Assembly: GCA_043767805.1 (NCBI GenBank)
Contig: JAYUGC010000170.1
Span: forward strand, 1-21,778
Direction of reading: 5' to 3'
Origin: Pseudomonadota bacterium
GTDB taxonomy: Bacteria > Bdellovibrionota > FAC87 > UBA2466
Length of the DNA stretch: 21,778 nt
The notes beneath the pieces are model-generated. The model saw only the letters and a program-made list of their open reading frames with translations, had not been told where the DNA came from and did no database searches. The position numbers and the translations under genes were made by a program. Numbering within the stretch: position 1 is the stretch's first letter; each line of letters starts with the position of its first letter. Positions 8,475-16,856 of the stretch are shown piece after piece.

Positions 8475-9635
8475 TTGAAGAAAGTCGACCCCGCAAAAAA
8501 TCCGGAGAGCCTTCTCTTTCGCGCGTTCAACTTCATCACGCAGTGGGATTACACCCAGGCCGCGATCTATTTGAGGCGCTACGTCGCCCTACCCGATCTT
8601 TCGGATTACCAGCGCAGTACGGGCGAGGCGAACCTGGTCGCCGCTCTCAATTACTTGAGAAGTCCCGACGCGCGTGACGTGCTGGAAGGCCTTCTCGCCC
8701 GGGTGAGGAAGACGAGTTATCGACGGCTCTTGGGATATCTCCTTCTGCGCAAAGGAGAGCTCGAGGTCGGCGCGCGCCAGTGGCCCGCCGCTTTTTCGGC
8801 GCTCACCGAGGCGCTGAAGATTTCCGAAGAGGACTCGATGGATCACTTCCTAGTGAGAAAGTGGTCGACCATCGTTTCCCTTTACTCGGATCCCGCGCGG
8901 CATTCGCTGACTCTTTACGAGCTCATTGGCCTGCACGCTCAAGCCAAAGTACGCCGTGAGTGGGAAACCGTCCGCAGCATGGACTTTCACCGCTCGGTCG
9001 CGACGAAGGACGAAACCCTCGCGCGGCTCGTCTATTTCGGCACCCCGCACTCGACATTCCGCGAGCGCCTCGCCGATAGCTTTCCGCACCTGAGCACGGA
9101 GACCGAGTACGTGTGGAGTCACGGCAATCCCACTCAAATCGTTTCTCTCGACGAGGGATTGAGCGGCCCTTCCCTGCAGCGCGAACAACTGGGCCACCGC
9201 CTCATCACGGCGCTTAGCCAGGATTTTTATCGCCCCGTGAAAATGGCGGAAATTTTCTCAAGCCTTTATCCCGAAGAGCAATTCAACGTCGAGACTTCCC
9301 CCGTGCGCATCCGCAAAGCGGTGGAACGGGCGCGGGCAGGGCTGAAAGCTTCCAAGCTCGGCTGTCACATCCGTCTCATCCGCGGCATGTACTCCCTCGA
9401 CTTGCCGGCAAGTCTCGGCATCCGCATTCGTCTCGATCGCAAACGCGGCGCCGAGACCGATCGCCTGGCGCCGCTTTTCGCAAGCCGTCCCCTGCTTTCG
9501 CTCCGAGAGATTCAGACCGGTCTGAATTTAAGTCCCTCGCGAGCCGCGAGACGAGTGAGAAAATGGTGCCGAGAAGGCAAACTGGAAACGGCGGGCGGCG
9601 GGCGGGGCGCCCGCTATCGTCTCAATACGAAATAA
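8469..9635 (+). CDS. Helical-repeat (TPR-like) protein with C-terminal winged-helix-like domains; putative regulator, probably N-terminally truncated
   Basis: Protein-like from MRLKKVDPAKNPESLLFRAF onward: amphipathic helical repeats, then DFYRPVKMAEIFSSLYPEE..RIRKAVERAR and LSLREIQTGLNLSPSRAARRVRKW...GGGRGARY (HTH plus wing). The 7440-8468 part of the listed ORF is antisense to the Ig-repeat gene. No SD before ATG 8469. Confidence 0.68.
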   Translation: MRLKKVDPAKNPESLLFRAFNFITQWDYTQAAIYLRRYVALPDLSDYQRSTGEANLVAALNYLRSPDARDVLEGLLARVRKTSYRRLLGYLLLRKGELEVGARQWPAAFSALTEALKISEEDSMDHFLVRKWSTIVSLYSDPARHSLTLYELIGLHAQAKVRREWETVRSMDFHRSVATKDETLARLVYFGTPHSTFRERLADSFPHLSTETEYVWSHGNPTQIVSLDEGLSGPSLQREQLGHRLITALSQDFYRPVKMAEIFSSLYPEEQFNVETSPVRIRKAVERARAGLKASKLGCHIRLIRGMYSLDLPASLGIRIRLDRKRGAETDRLAPLFASRPLLSLREIQTGLNLSPSRAARRVRKWCREGKLETAGGGRGARYRLNTK

Positions 9636-9668
9636 AAAGAGCACGCGAACCATTGGCTCGCGTGCTCT
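9632..9668 (-). terminator. Intrinsic terminator of rpsT, possibly bidirectional
   Basis: On the minus strand AGAGCACGCGAGCC-AAT-GGTTCGCGTGCTCT followed by TTTTATTT; lies between convergent genes. Confidence 0.85.
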
Positions 9669-9693
9669 CTAAACTTAATTTCGCAAAAACCGT

Positions 9694-9981
9694 TTAGGCG
9701 CCGAGGGCGGTGGAAACGCGTTTCGCGAGACGGCCAACCTTGCGAGAGGCGGCTTTCGGGCTGATGAGCTTTTTGCTGCCCGCCTTCATCAACATCTGTT
9801 GAAGGGTGTTGAAGATAGGCTCGATGACTTTCTTCGCTTCCTCCTTGTTTTTCGGAAGAGCCGCGAGCTGCGTCTCGAAAGCTTTCACGGCCGAGCGAAC
9901 CGTACCGCGCGCGCTGCTATTGCTCTTCCTGCGCTTCTCCGCCTGACGGGCCGCCTTGATTGCGTTTTGATGTCTTTCCAT
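9694..9981 (-). CDS. rpsT: 30S ribosomal protein S20
   Basis: HQNAIKAARQAEKRRKSN...RSAVK...KKLISPKAASRKVGRL; 95 aa, basic, standalone; SD AGAGGA. Confidence 0.92.
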   Translation of the reverse strand: MERHQNAIKAARQAEKRRKSNSSARGTVRSAVKAFETQLAALPKNKEEAKKVIEPIFNTLQQMLMKAGSKKLISPKAASRKVGRLAKRVSTALGA

Positions 9982-9997
9982 AAATCCTCTGTTCCGG

Positions 9998-10034
9998 GCT
10001 GGCAGCGTTCAAGCTTCGCTTGAACGTTGTTAGC
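9998..10034. repeat. GCGAAGC-centred palindromic repeat, copy 2 (inverted; in the rpsT leader)
   Basis: GCTGGCAGCGTTCAAGC-TTC-GCTTGAACGTTGTTAGC. Confidence 0.75.
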
Positions 10035-10056
10035 GATCCTTAAAAGAAACCTCGGT

Positions 10057-10085
10057 GTTTTAGTGGGTTTTCTCAAATATGTCAA
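10057..10085 (-). promoter_or_regulatory. Sigma-70 promoter for rpsT
   Basis: TTGACA-N17-TAAAAC on the minus strand. Confidence 0.65.
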
Positions 10086-10310
10086 AGAGATTGGCCGAAG
10101 CGGCGGGCCCGGCGCCTGACTGTATACTGCCCGTACACCCGAGAGATCCACTGACAGGTGACTTACCTCTGGAAATACGCCTAGTTTCGACGCCCTCTCG
10201 TGCCGCCCCTTCAAGCCTAGCCGGTTCGGGGTGTCCTCCCAGGCGTGCGAGGCGCCTGGCCTTCGGCTTGCAGAATACAGGGAGAGAATACATAGGGAAG
10301 GAGTGCGTCC

Positions 10311-11519
10311 TTGAATCGGCAACTTCGCTTACATACCTCAGTCGCCTTGATGGCGGCGCTCCTATGGGCGCCCGGGCGAGCCATTGGGGAGAGCGATATT
10401 CCTCCGCCGGCCGATACGAAGCCCATCTACTCTCCGCCGCCCACTCAACCCGAAGCCGATCGTAAGGAAGGCAGTGGCGCGGCCATCGCCGCCGCGGCCG
10501 TCGGTGCCGCCATGGCGGGAGCGAGCTGCGCGATGCTCATGAAACAAGCGCAGCAAGCGCGCGTGGCGGGAGAGACCCAGCAAGCGGCCATGTACCAGAT
10601 GATGGGCATGCAGCAATGCGCGCAAATGGCGTCGAACCTCGCCAACGCCGCCCAGAACCAGGACGGCAAAGAAAAGATTTCTCAAAGCGATCCGGGTCAA
10701 CCCAAGTGGAACGATCTGCCCGAGGGCGAATCGAAAAAAGGCGAGACGAAGACCGCCGCCCTTACGCCTCCCGGCACCGAGCCGGAGAAAAACGGGCCCT
10801 CGGAGACCGTCAACCCGGCCGAGTTCAAAGGCATCGACGAGTCGGCCTTCGCGGCGCCTCCCGGCACCGAACCTGGCGGCGGCAACGGCGGTTACGGCGG
10901 CTCGCTCAACGCGGGCTGGAAACCGCTCAATCCCATCGACGGGACCAGCGTGCAGTTTGACGATAAGTCCAAAGGCGAAGGCTCCACGCCGCAAACTCCG
11001 CTCGGCAACTCTTCGAGCATCGTCGGCTACGCCGGCGCGCCGAACGGCAAGGCTTTTCAAGATCACGACGAAGGCCCGCTCCAAGGACAAGACGGCAAAG
11101 CGGGCAAGACCGCGCGCGCCTCTCGCCTTCAAGGGGGCGGTCCCAGTGGTGGCGCCGGCGACGCTCCCGCGGCCAGCAGCTCGGGCAGCACATTCGATTT
11201 GGCGGGCTTCATGGCGCAGCTGGGCGGCAAGCCCGCGGGGGAAGCCGCTGGCCCGGGCCTCGAGTTCATCCAGATCGAAAAGAAAAATCCCGATGGCTCG
11301 TCGGTCACGCTGTTTCAGTACGCGAGCTTTCGCTACCGCAAAGCCCAGCGGGATGACGGCCTACTCGCTCGCCCGCAGAAGCGGATAGCGACAGCGGAAA
11401 CCAGTTTGACGGGTGCTTCCCCGAAACGAGAGCCGGCCTCCACGAAAGCGAAAGCCGTGGTGCCCTCCGAGAAAAAAGATTTGAGCTTGAAGAAAACAGC
11501 GGTGGTGTCCAAGCGCTAA
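10311..11519 (+). CDS. Hypothetical secreted protein, paralog A
   Basis: TTG start after GGAAGGAG. Signal-peptide-like N-terminus, Ala/Met/Gln-rich helices with two Cys, G/S/P-rich linker, then FDLAGFM...LFQYASFRY and a basic tail. Confidence 0.8.
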   Translation: MNRQLRLHTSVALMAALLWAPGRAIGESDIPPPADTKPIYSPPPTQPEADRKEGSGAAIAAAAVGAAMAGASCAMLMKQAQQARVAGETQQAAMYQMMGMQQCAQMASNLANAAQNQDGKEKISQSDPGQPKWNDLPEGESKKGETKTAALTPPGTEPEKNGPSETVNPAEFKGIDESAFAAPPGTEPGGGNGGYGGSLNAGWKPLNPIDGTSVQFDDKSKGEGSTPQTPLGNSSSIVGYAGAPNGKAFQDHDEGPLQGQDGKAGKTARASRLQGGGPSGGAGDAPAASSSGSTFDLAGFMAQLGGKPAGEAAGPGLEFIQIEKKNPDGSSVTLFQYASFRYRKAQRDDGLLARPQKRIATAETSLTGASPKREPASTKAKAVVPSEKKDLSLKKTAVVSKR

Positions 11520-11568
11520 AGCTTGGCCCCCTAGTTGCAATATTTGAGTTTTAGTAAGGCAACCAAGC

Positions 11569-12783
11569 ATGACAACGTGTCGATCAAATATTAAAGCCCT
11601 CTTTCTGTGGACAGCGCTCTTCTACGCGCCGTTCACCTTGGCGGAAAGCAATCCCATGGCGGGAGCCTCCGGGCTCGGTAAGCTCGATTCCGGTAGCGTC
11701 GAGAGCGGATTCTCGATGCCGCAATCACCCACTTTCGTTCCGGGCGCACCTCCGGCTCCCACTCAAGATCGCATGAAGAGCCAGGTCGCGGCGAAAGCCA
11801 TGGGCATGGCCGCGGCCGCGCAGCAAAAGATCGCCTGCTTCAACATGATGAACGAGTCGATGAAAGAGGAGAACAAGAAGAACCAAGGCTTGATGATGGC
11901 AATGGCGCAACAGATGTGCGCGCAAGCGGATCAGAGCATGGCCTCCGCCATGAAGAACGACGAAGGCATCAAACAGGTAAGCGCCGCCGACATTCCGAAA
12001 ATGGCGGAGATGAAAATCGCGCCGGTCACTCTCGGCAAGGACAAGATCAAGGAAGCCGAGATTCCGACCATCACTTTCAACGACGAAGCGACCAAGGGCT
12101 CGGGCCTCGTCGAGTTTCCCACGGCCGCTCCCGCGGTGGCGGCCGCCAAGCCGGAGGCCGGGGAACAAGTTTTCAATAAACCGTCCACCACGGACGACTT
12201 GAAAGATCCCGTCACGCAGTTCACGCAGCGCTCGAAGCTGGATGCCATCAATCGCAATCCGGCGTCCGTTCCGAGCGAAGGCGAAAAAGGCATCGCGGGA
12301 TCTCAGCCAGGCCTCGGTTTCGGTGGAGGCGGAGTCGCTGGACTTCCCGCGAAGGGCGGCTCGGGCGGTAACGACGCGCCCACGATTTCCGATTCCGAAT
12401 CCTTGGCGAGTAGCCGTAAGCGCGGCGGCGTAATCACCGCAGGCACGGGCGGCGAAGGCGGCGGCGCGGCTGAAAAATCCGGCAGCGGTTTCGATCTCTC
12501 GGCTTTGATGGAACAGATGATGGGCGGACCCGCCGCAGGCGAAGGCGGCGGCGGTCTAGAAGTCATCACGCTCAACACGCAAGCTCCGGAGGAAAAACCG
12601 CCCAATCTTTTCGAGTACGCTTCGTTCCGCTATCACCAGCTTTCCACCGAAAAGGGCGCCATCCGCCGGCGCAAGAACCAAGGCATCAAGGTGCCTCACC
12701 GAGGCGCCACCCTCGCCCAAGTGTCTAAGATCGAGACAGAGGGCGACCAAAAGATCGACACCCTCAAGCACGCGGGCCAATAG
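11569..12783 (+). CDS. Hypothetical secreted protein, paralog B
   Basis: Signal-peptide-like N-terminus (ALFLWTALFYAPFTLA). Same architecture as paralog A, with FDLSALM...LFEYASFRY. Confidence 0.8.
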   Translation: MTTCRSNIKALFLWTALFYAPFTLAESNPMAGASGLGKLDSGSVESGFSMPQSPTFVPGAPPAPTQDRMKSQVAAKAMGMAAAAQQKIACFNMMNESMKEENKKNQGLMMAMAQQMCAQADQSMASAMKNDEGIKQVSAADIPKMAEMKIAPVTLGKDKIKEAEIPTITFNDEATKGSGLVEFPTAAPAVAAAKPEAGEQVFNKPSTTDDLKDPVTQFTQRSKLDAINRNPASVPSEGEKGIAGSQPGLGFGGGGVAGLPAKGGSGGNDAPTISDSESLASSRKRGGVITAGTGGEGGGAAEKSGSGFDLSALMEQMMGGPAAGEGGGGLEVITLNTQAPEEKPPNLFEYASFRYHQLSTEKGAIRRRKNQGIKVPHRGATLAQVSKIETEGDQKIDTLKHAGQ

Positions 12784-12974
12784 CCCGGAACTCCCACTAC
12801 TTAGTCCCCTTTCCCAGAGCGCCGTTGCCCCTCTTTGACCGGGGTGTCCAACTCTTAGACAGGGGACGTTTTAAATCTCGTCATTTGGTGCGGGAATTTT
12901 TTACCCGGTCCTGGCCTAGATGTTGCTCTAAGGCCACGCCGAGACCGAGACATGGGAATACTTAGCGGGGGTTG

Positions 12975-13811
12975 ATGCGGGACGCGCCAAAAATGGTCAC
13001 CGGAATCGGAAGGCTGGCTTTTGCCATGGCCGTCGCGATCCTTTGCCTGGCGGTCACTGCTTTCTCCCAAGACGTCACGTCCGCCACCGTCGTTTCCTCC
13101 ACGCTCTTTCGCCCCGCCCATCTCGAAGTGAAAGATAAGCTCTACCGCGACTACTTCTCCGGCGCCGACGACGCCATCCGCACGAGCTACTCCGATCGCT
13201 GGCGCTACCACGAAATTCAGTCCGGCTTTTATCAGCGCCGCTCGACCGACATTCACTTGGACATCGCGACGTTCTCCAATCCGAGCATCGGCCCGAGCGA
13301 AGCCAATGTGCGCGAAGAGTTCGCCCGCGCCGCTTTCCGCATGCGCATCGACGCCCTCATCAGAAAGCTCATGACCGATGACCGCGCGAAGAACCTCCGC
13401 CGCGCCCAGCAGTTCGTTGAAGCGCTTCGCGTACAGAGCGTGAAAGTCTCGGACTCGAAAGACCCTGCTTCTCCTCCCGCCGAAATGCGCTGGGGTTACG
13501 ACATACTGGGCGACACCGCCCGCCTCGAGTATCTTAAAGGCACGGCGGGCGTTGGGCTTTACCATCAGAAATTCTTCGGTCAGGTTTTCAGCAGCCGCCG
13601 CCTGGAAGCCTTGAGCCTAAACTCGTGGAAAGAATCCAAGGGCACGCTGCCGAGCGCCTCACTCGGTTACGTGTTCGGCGACAAGGCGGTGCGCGCGAAC
13701 CTCTGGAAGTATCTCAACTCCGCGGTGCGCGCGGATCTCTCCGGAGTCAAAGCGGTCGCGAGCAACGGCGTGCCAGACAGCGTGCTGATGAGCGTGACTT
13801 ATACGTTCTAA
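12975..13811 (+). CDS. Hypothetical exported protein, possible outer-membrane beta-barrel
   Basis: Signal peptide (RLAFAMAVAILCLAVTAFS-QD). C-terminal half has alternating beta-strand patterns ending VLMSVTYTF. Start uncertain (12972/12975/12993). Confidence 0.68.
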   Translation: MRDAPKMVTGIGRLAFAMAVAILCLAVTAFSQDVTSATVVSSTLFRPAHLEVKDKLYRDYFSGADDAIRTSYSDRWRYHEIQSGFYQRRSTDIHLDIATFSNPSIGPSEANVREEFARAAFRMRIDALIRKLMTDDRAKNLRRAQQFVEALRVQSVKVSDSKDPASPPAEMRWGYDILGDTARLEYLKGTAGVGLYHQKFFGQVFSSRRLEALSLNSWKESKGTLPSASLGYVFGDKAVRANLWKYLNSAVRADLSGVKAVASNGVPDSVLMSVTYTF

Positions 13812-13815
13812 GGGC

Positions 13816-15441
13816 TCACGCCGATGCGATCATTTCGGCGGCGCGCTCGCGTAAGAGAAACTTCTGCACTTTGCCGGTCACCGTCATGGGGAACGAGTCC
13901 ACGAGTTTCCAGTACCGGGGAAACTTGTAGGCCGCAATCTTTCCGGCACAGAACTCTCGGAGGCCCTCCTCGGAGAGCTCGCAACCTGGCTTCGCCCTGA
14001 CCCAAGCCATGACCTCTTCCCCGTAGAGCGGGCTCGGCACGCCGACGACTTGCGCCTCGGCCACGCCTGGATGAGTGTGCAGAAACGCTTCGACCTCGCG
14101 CGGATAAATATTCTCGCCGCCCCGGATGATCATGTCTTTCAACCGGCCTTCGATGCGGACATGGCCCGCTTCATCGAGACTCGCGAGATCGCCTGAGTGC
14201 ATCCACCCTTCGGAATCAATCGCTTCTCGGGTGGCGCTCGCGTCGTTCCAGTAGCCCTTCATGACGCTGTAGCCGCGCGTGCAAAGCTCGCCTACTTGCC
14301 CGAGAGTAACGACGTCGCCCGATTCCCCGCAAATGATCTTCACTTCGACGTGCGGGTGCGCCGAGCCCACGGTGGCGACTTGCACCTCCGGCGAATCATC
14401 CGGGAAAGTCTGCACCGAAATAGGAGACGTTTCGGTCATGCCGTAGCCATTGGTGATTTCCTTGATGTGCATGCGATCGCGGATTTGCTCCATCACGGCG
14501 CGCGGACAAGGCGCGCCGGCGATGAGGCCCGTGCGCAGCGAGGTCAGATCGAACTCGGAAAACCTCGGCTGTCCCAGCTCCGCGATGAACATTGTGGGTA
14601 CGCCGTAGAGCGAAGTGCATTTTTCTTCCGCCACGGTCTCCAGCACCGAGAGGGGATCGAAACTTTCCGCGGGGAGCACGAGGCAAGCGCCGTGGGTAAA
14701 TCCGGCGAGGTTACCGAGCACCATGCCGAAGCAATGATAGAAAGGTACCGGCAAGCAGATGCGGTCCTGCTCCGTATAGTTCATGCGCTCGCCGACGAAC
14801 CAGCCGTTATTCAAAATATTGGCGTGAGACAACGTCGCGCCTTTGGGAGCGCCCGTCGTCCCCGACGTGTACTGAATGTTGATGGCATCGCCCACGCGCA
14901 GTTCCGCCTCCCGGTAGCGAAGGGTGGAATCGGAAACGGCGCGGCCTCGCTCCAAAAGCGCATTCCAGTCTTTGTCCAGCACGAGGGTTTGTTCGAGTGA
15001 GGGACAGTTGCCCTTCACTTCGCAGAGGAGCGAGCGATAGTCGGCTTTTCTAAAACCTTCGGCGAGAATCAGCAGGCGCGTCCCCGACTGATTGAGCGCG
15101 TACTCGAGCTCCGCCGCGCGGTACGCGGGATTCAAGTTGACCAAGATGGCGCCGACTCGCGCGGCCGCGAACTGGGTGATGACCCATTCGTAGCGATTGG
15201 GCGACCAGATGCCCACGCGGTCACCGATGTGAATGCCGCGCGAGAGAAGGCCCTTCGCGGCCAACGTCACTTCATCCCAGAACTGAGCGTAGGTGGCGCG
15301 GTACTTTTGATGACGAACGACTAGCGCTTCCCGATCCGGGAACTGGGCCACCACGCGCGCGATCTCCCGGCCGATGGTGCCGGTGAGTAGCGGTTCATCC
15401 GTTGCACCCTTCACGTACGAAAGTGGGGGAGAAAAAGGCAT
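13816..15441 (-). CDS. AMP-binding acyl-CoA synthetase (fatty-acid--CoA ligase family)
   Basis: YTSGTTGAPKG P-loop, GYGMTETSP, WMHSGDL, GRLKDMIIRGGENIYPREVE and PMTVTGKVQK. Confidence 0.95.
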   Translation of the reverse strand: MPFSPPLSYVKGATDEPLLTGTIGREIARVVAQFPDREALVVRHQKYRATYAQFWDEVTLAAKGLLSRGIHIGDRVGIWSPNRYEWVITQFAAARVGAILVNLNPAYRAAELEYALNQSGTRLLILAEGFRKADYRSLLCEVKGNCPSLEQTLVLDKDWNALLERGRAVSDSTLRYREAELRVGDAINIQYTSGTTGAPKGATLSHANILNNGWFVGERMNYTEQDRICLPVPFYHCFGMVLGNLAGFTHGACLVLPAESFDPLSVLETVAEEKCTSLYGVPTMFIAELGQPRFSEFDLTSLRTGLIAGAPCPRAVMEQIRDRMHIKEITNGYGMTETSPISVQTFPDDSPEVQVATVGSAHPHVEVKIICGESGDVVTLGQVGELCTRGYSVMKGYWNDASATREAIDSEGWMHSGDLASLDEAGHVRIEGRLKDMIIRGGENIYPREVEAFLHTHPGVAEAQVVGVPSPLYGEEVMAWVRAKPGCELSEEGLREFCAGKIAAYKFPRYWKLVDSFPMTVTGKVQKFLLRERAAEMIASA

Positions 15442-15525
15442 CCGGTCTTATGGAAGAATCGCGATCTCGCGTCAAGTACCGTGGTTAAGAAAATGGGTAC
15501 CGAGGTTGTCTAGCGTGACTAGGGT

Positions 15526-15638
15526 CCGGCTTCGCTCTTCGAGCTACGCCGCGACGGGCAGTCGTCTTCTTAAGTCACACCTCAAACTGCCTTGGCAGTC
15601 GTAGCCTAGCCAACCCTAAGGTCGGCCAGCGAAGACTG
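15526..15638. repeat. Branched imperfect inverted-repeat (REP-like) element abutting the tRNA 3' end
   Basis: Nested complementary blocks CTTCGC/GCGAAG, GCTACG/CGTAGC and GGCAGT/ACTGCC, with internal hairpins in both arms. Confidence 0.6.
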
Positions 15639-15720
15639 CCCGGAGCCGGAATCGAACCGGCACTCCCTTTCGAGAATTAGATTTTGAGTCTAACGCGTCT
15701 ACCAATTCCGCCATCCGGGC
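15637..15720 (-). tRNA. tRNA-Leu(CAA)
   Basis: GCCCGGA acceptor stem, GGTAGAC D-loop, TTAGA-CTCAAAA-TCTAA anticodon arm, long variable arm, GGTTCGATTCC T-arm and discriminator A. CCA not encoded. Confidence 0.97.
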
Positions 15721-15747
15721 ATAAATCGGCGTGCTCAAGAACGGCCC

Positions 15748-15776
15748 AATCTAGCCGCGTCATCGTCTGATTTCAA
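15748..15776 (-). promoter_or_regulatory. Sigma-70 promoter for tRNA-Leu
   Basis: TTGAAA-N17-TAGATT on the minus strand, just upstream of the tRNA. Confidence 0.6.
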
Positions 15777-15891
15777 CCGTTTGGCGCGAGGGTTGTCTAG
15801 AAAGCCGACAGCAAGGGCTAAGTGACTGGTTTGATTCTACGCGTCAAACCACGTACCATTAAGATTCGGGTACTTTTTGGAGGCACGTTTC

Positions 15892-16365
15892 GTGGATAAG
15901 AACCCCTTTGGCCCAGTCCCCTGGGACATCCTAGTCTTCGTCGCCATCACTGGGATGGGCTTTACTTTTAGCGTTCAGCGCTACGTGCAGAGCCACGATC
16001 TCGACAAGACGCCGACCCGCGTCCTCGCCGCCGAAAGCTCGGTTCACCACTCCACGCCCACCGTCGAGCTGGGTTGCTTGGAGAAGACCCTTCTCACCGA
16101 AAAACGAAACGGAGAAGGACGCCAAACCCGTCTCTCTGGCCAGTTCTGCCATCTCTCCAAATCTGAGATGCGCTCGTTTGGCGGCTTGAGAGTGCGCAAC
16201 CTCACCACTGGGCAGGAGAGCACCATCTTCTTCCAAGGCGACGACAACACCTTTCTCACCGACACCCTCGCCCTCGCCGAAGGCAGAAACCGCATTCGGC
16301 TCGAATGGCGCGAGTCCACCGGCAGTCCCGTGCGCGAGCTAACGGCCGAAATCATCTCCCGCTAG
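15892..16365 (+). CDS. Hypothetical membrane-anchored protein with a small beta-rich exported domain
   Basis: GTG 15892 after GGAGG; one N-terminal hydrophobic helix, two Cys and an Ig-like end (LAEGRNRIRLEW). Candidate promoter TTGATT-N17-TACCAT at 15831-15859. Confidence 0.72.
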   Translation: MDKNPFGPVPWDILVFVAITGMGFTFSVQRYVQSHDLDKTPTRVLAAESSVHHSTPTVELGCLEKTLLTEKRNGEGRQTRLSGQFCHLSKSEMRSFGGLRVRNLTTGQESTIFFQGDDNTFLTDTLALAEGRNRIRLEWRESTGSPVRELTAEIISR

Positions 16366-16520
16366 GCGCATAACGCGATGCCTCGCGGCGAGCTCCGCCT
16401 CGCCGCAAAGATCCTTTACCTTACCTGGGCCCTGCTCTATACCGGGGGTACAACTTTTCTTTTAATGATTAAGCGGTTGCCTTACATTTTCTGGCCCTTC
16501 ACTACCCGGAACGGACGGCC

Positions 16521-16856
16521 ATGAGCGAAGGCAAGCCCACGGATGCTCTGGAGAGAATCGGAAGTTCCCTTTTCAGCCTTCGCTTGTGGCTTTTCAAGAG
16601 CTGGCGCATAGCGATTCTGATGACGAAGGGGTCCTACCTTCTCGCTGAAAGGCGGCGGCTGATGCTCCGACTCGGGGAAAGGGTCTTTCAGCAGCGGCTG
16701 AAGGGGGAGTGGAAACCGGAAGCTTTTGACGACGCCGTTCACCTGCTCGACCGGCTGACGAAAAAAATCGAGATCGAGGAAGTGCTCATCAACCGTCTTC
16801 GCTTCGGCAAGAAGACGCCTCAGGCCGCGACCGCGGAGAAAGGAGAGGCCAGCTGA
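16521..16856 (+). CDS. Hypothetical helical protein
   Basis: 111-aa ORF whose stop overlaps the next start (TGATG), consistent with an operon. Confidence 0.65.
   Translation: MSEGKPTDALERIGSSLFSLRLWLFKSWRIAILMTKGSYLLAERRRLMLRLGERVFQQRLKGEWKPEAFDDAVHLLDRLTKKIEIEEVLINRLRFGKKTPQAATAEKGEAS

Noticed and set aside
10765..10870. 16-bp direct repeat CGCCTCCCGGCACCGA, 90 nt apart
   Set aside because: Two copies inside a CDS encoding PPGTEP; not a CRISPR array or att site.
13816..15720. tRNA-Leu as the attachment site of a genomic island
   Set aside because: No integrase and no duplicated tRNA 3' end seen; the downstream gene is a metabolic enzyme.
16385..16406. Hairpin GCGGCGAG-CTCCGC-CTCGCCGC after the 15892 gene
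   Set aside because: No U-tract on the plus strand and not clearly the same family as the other palindromes; function cannot be called.
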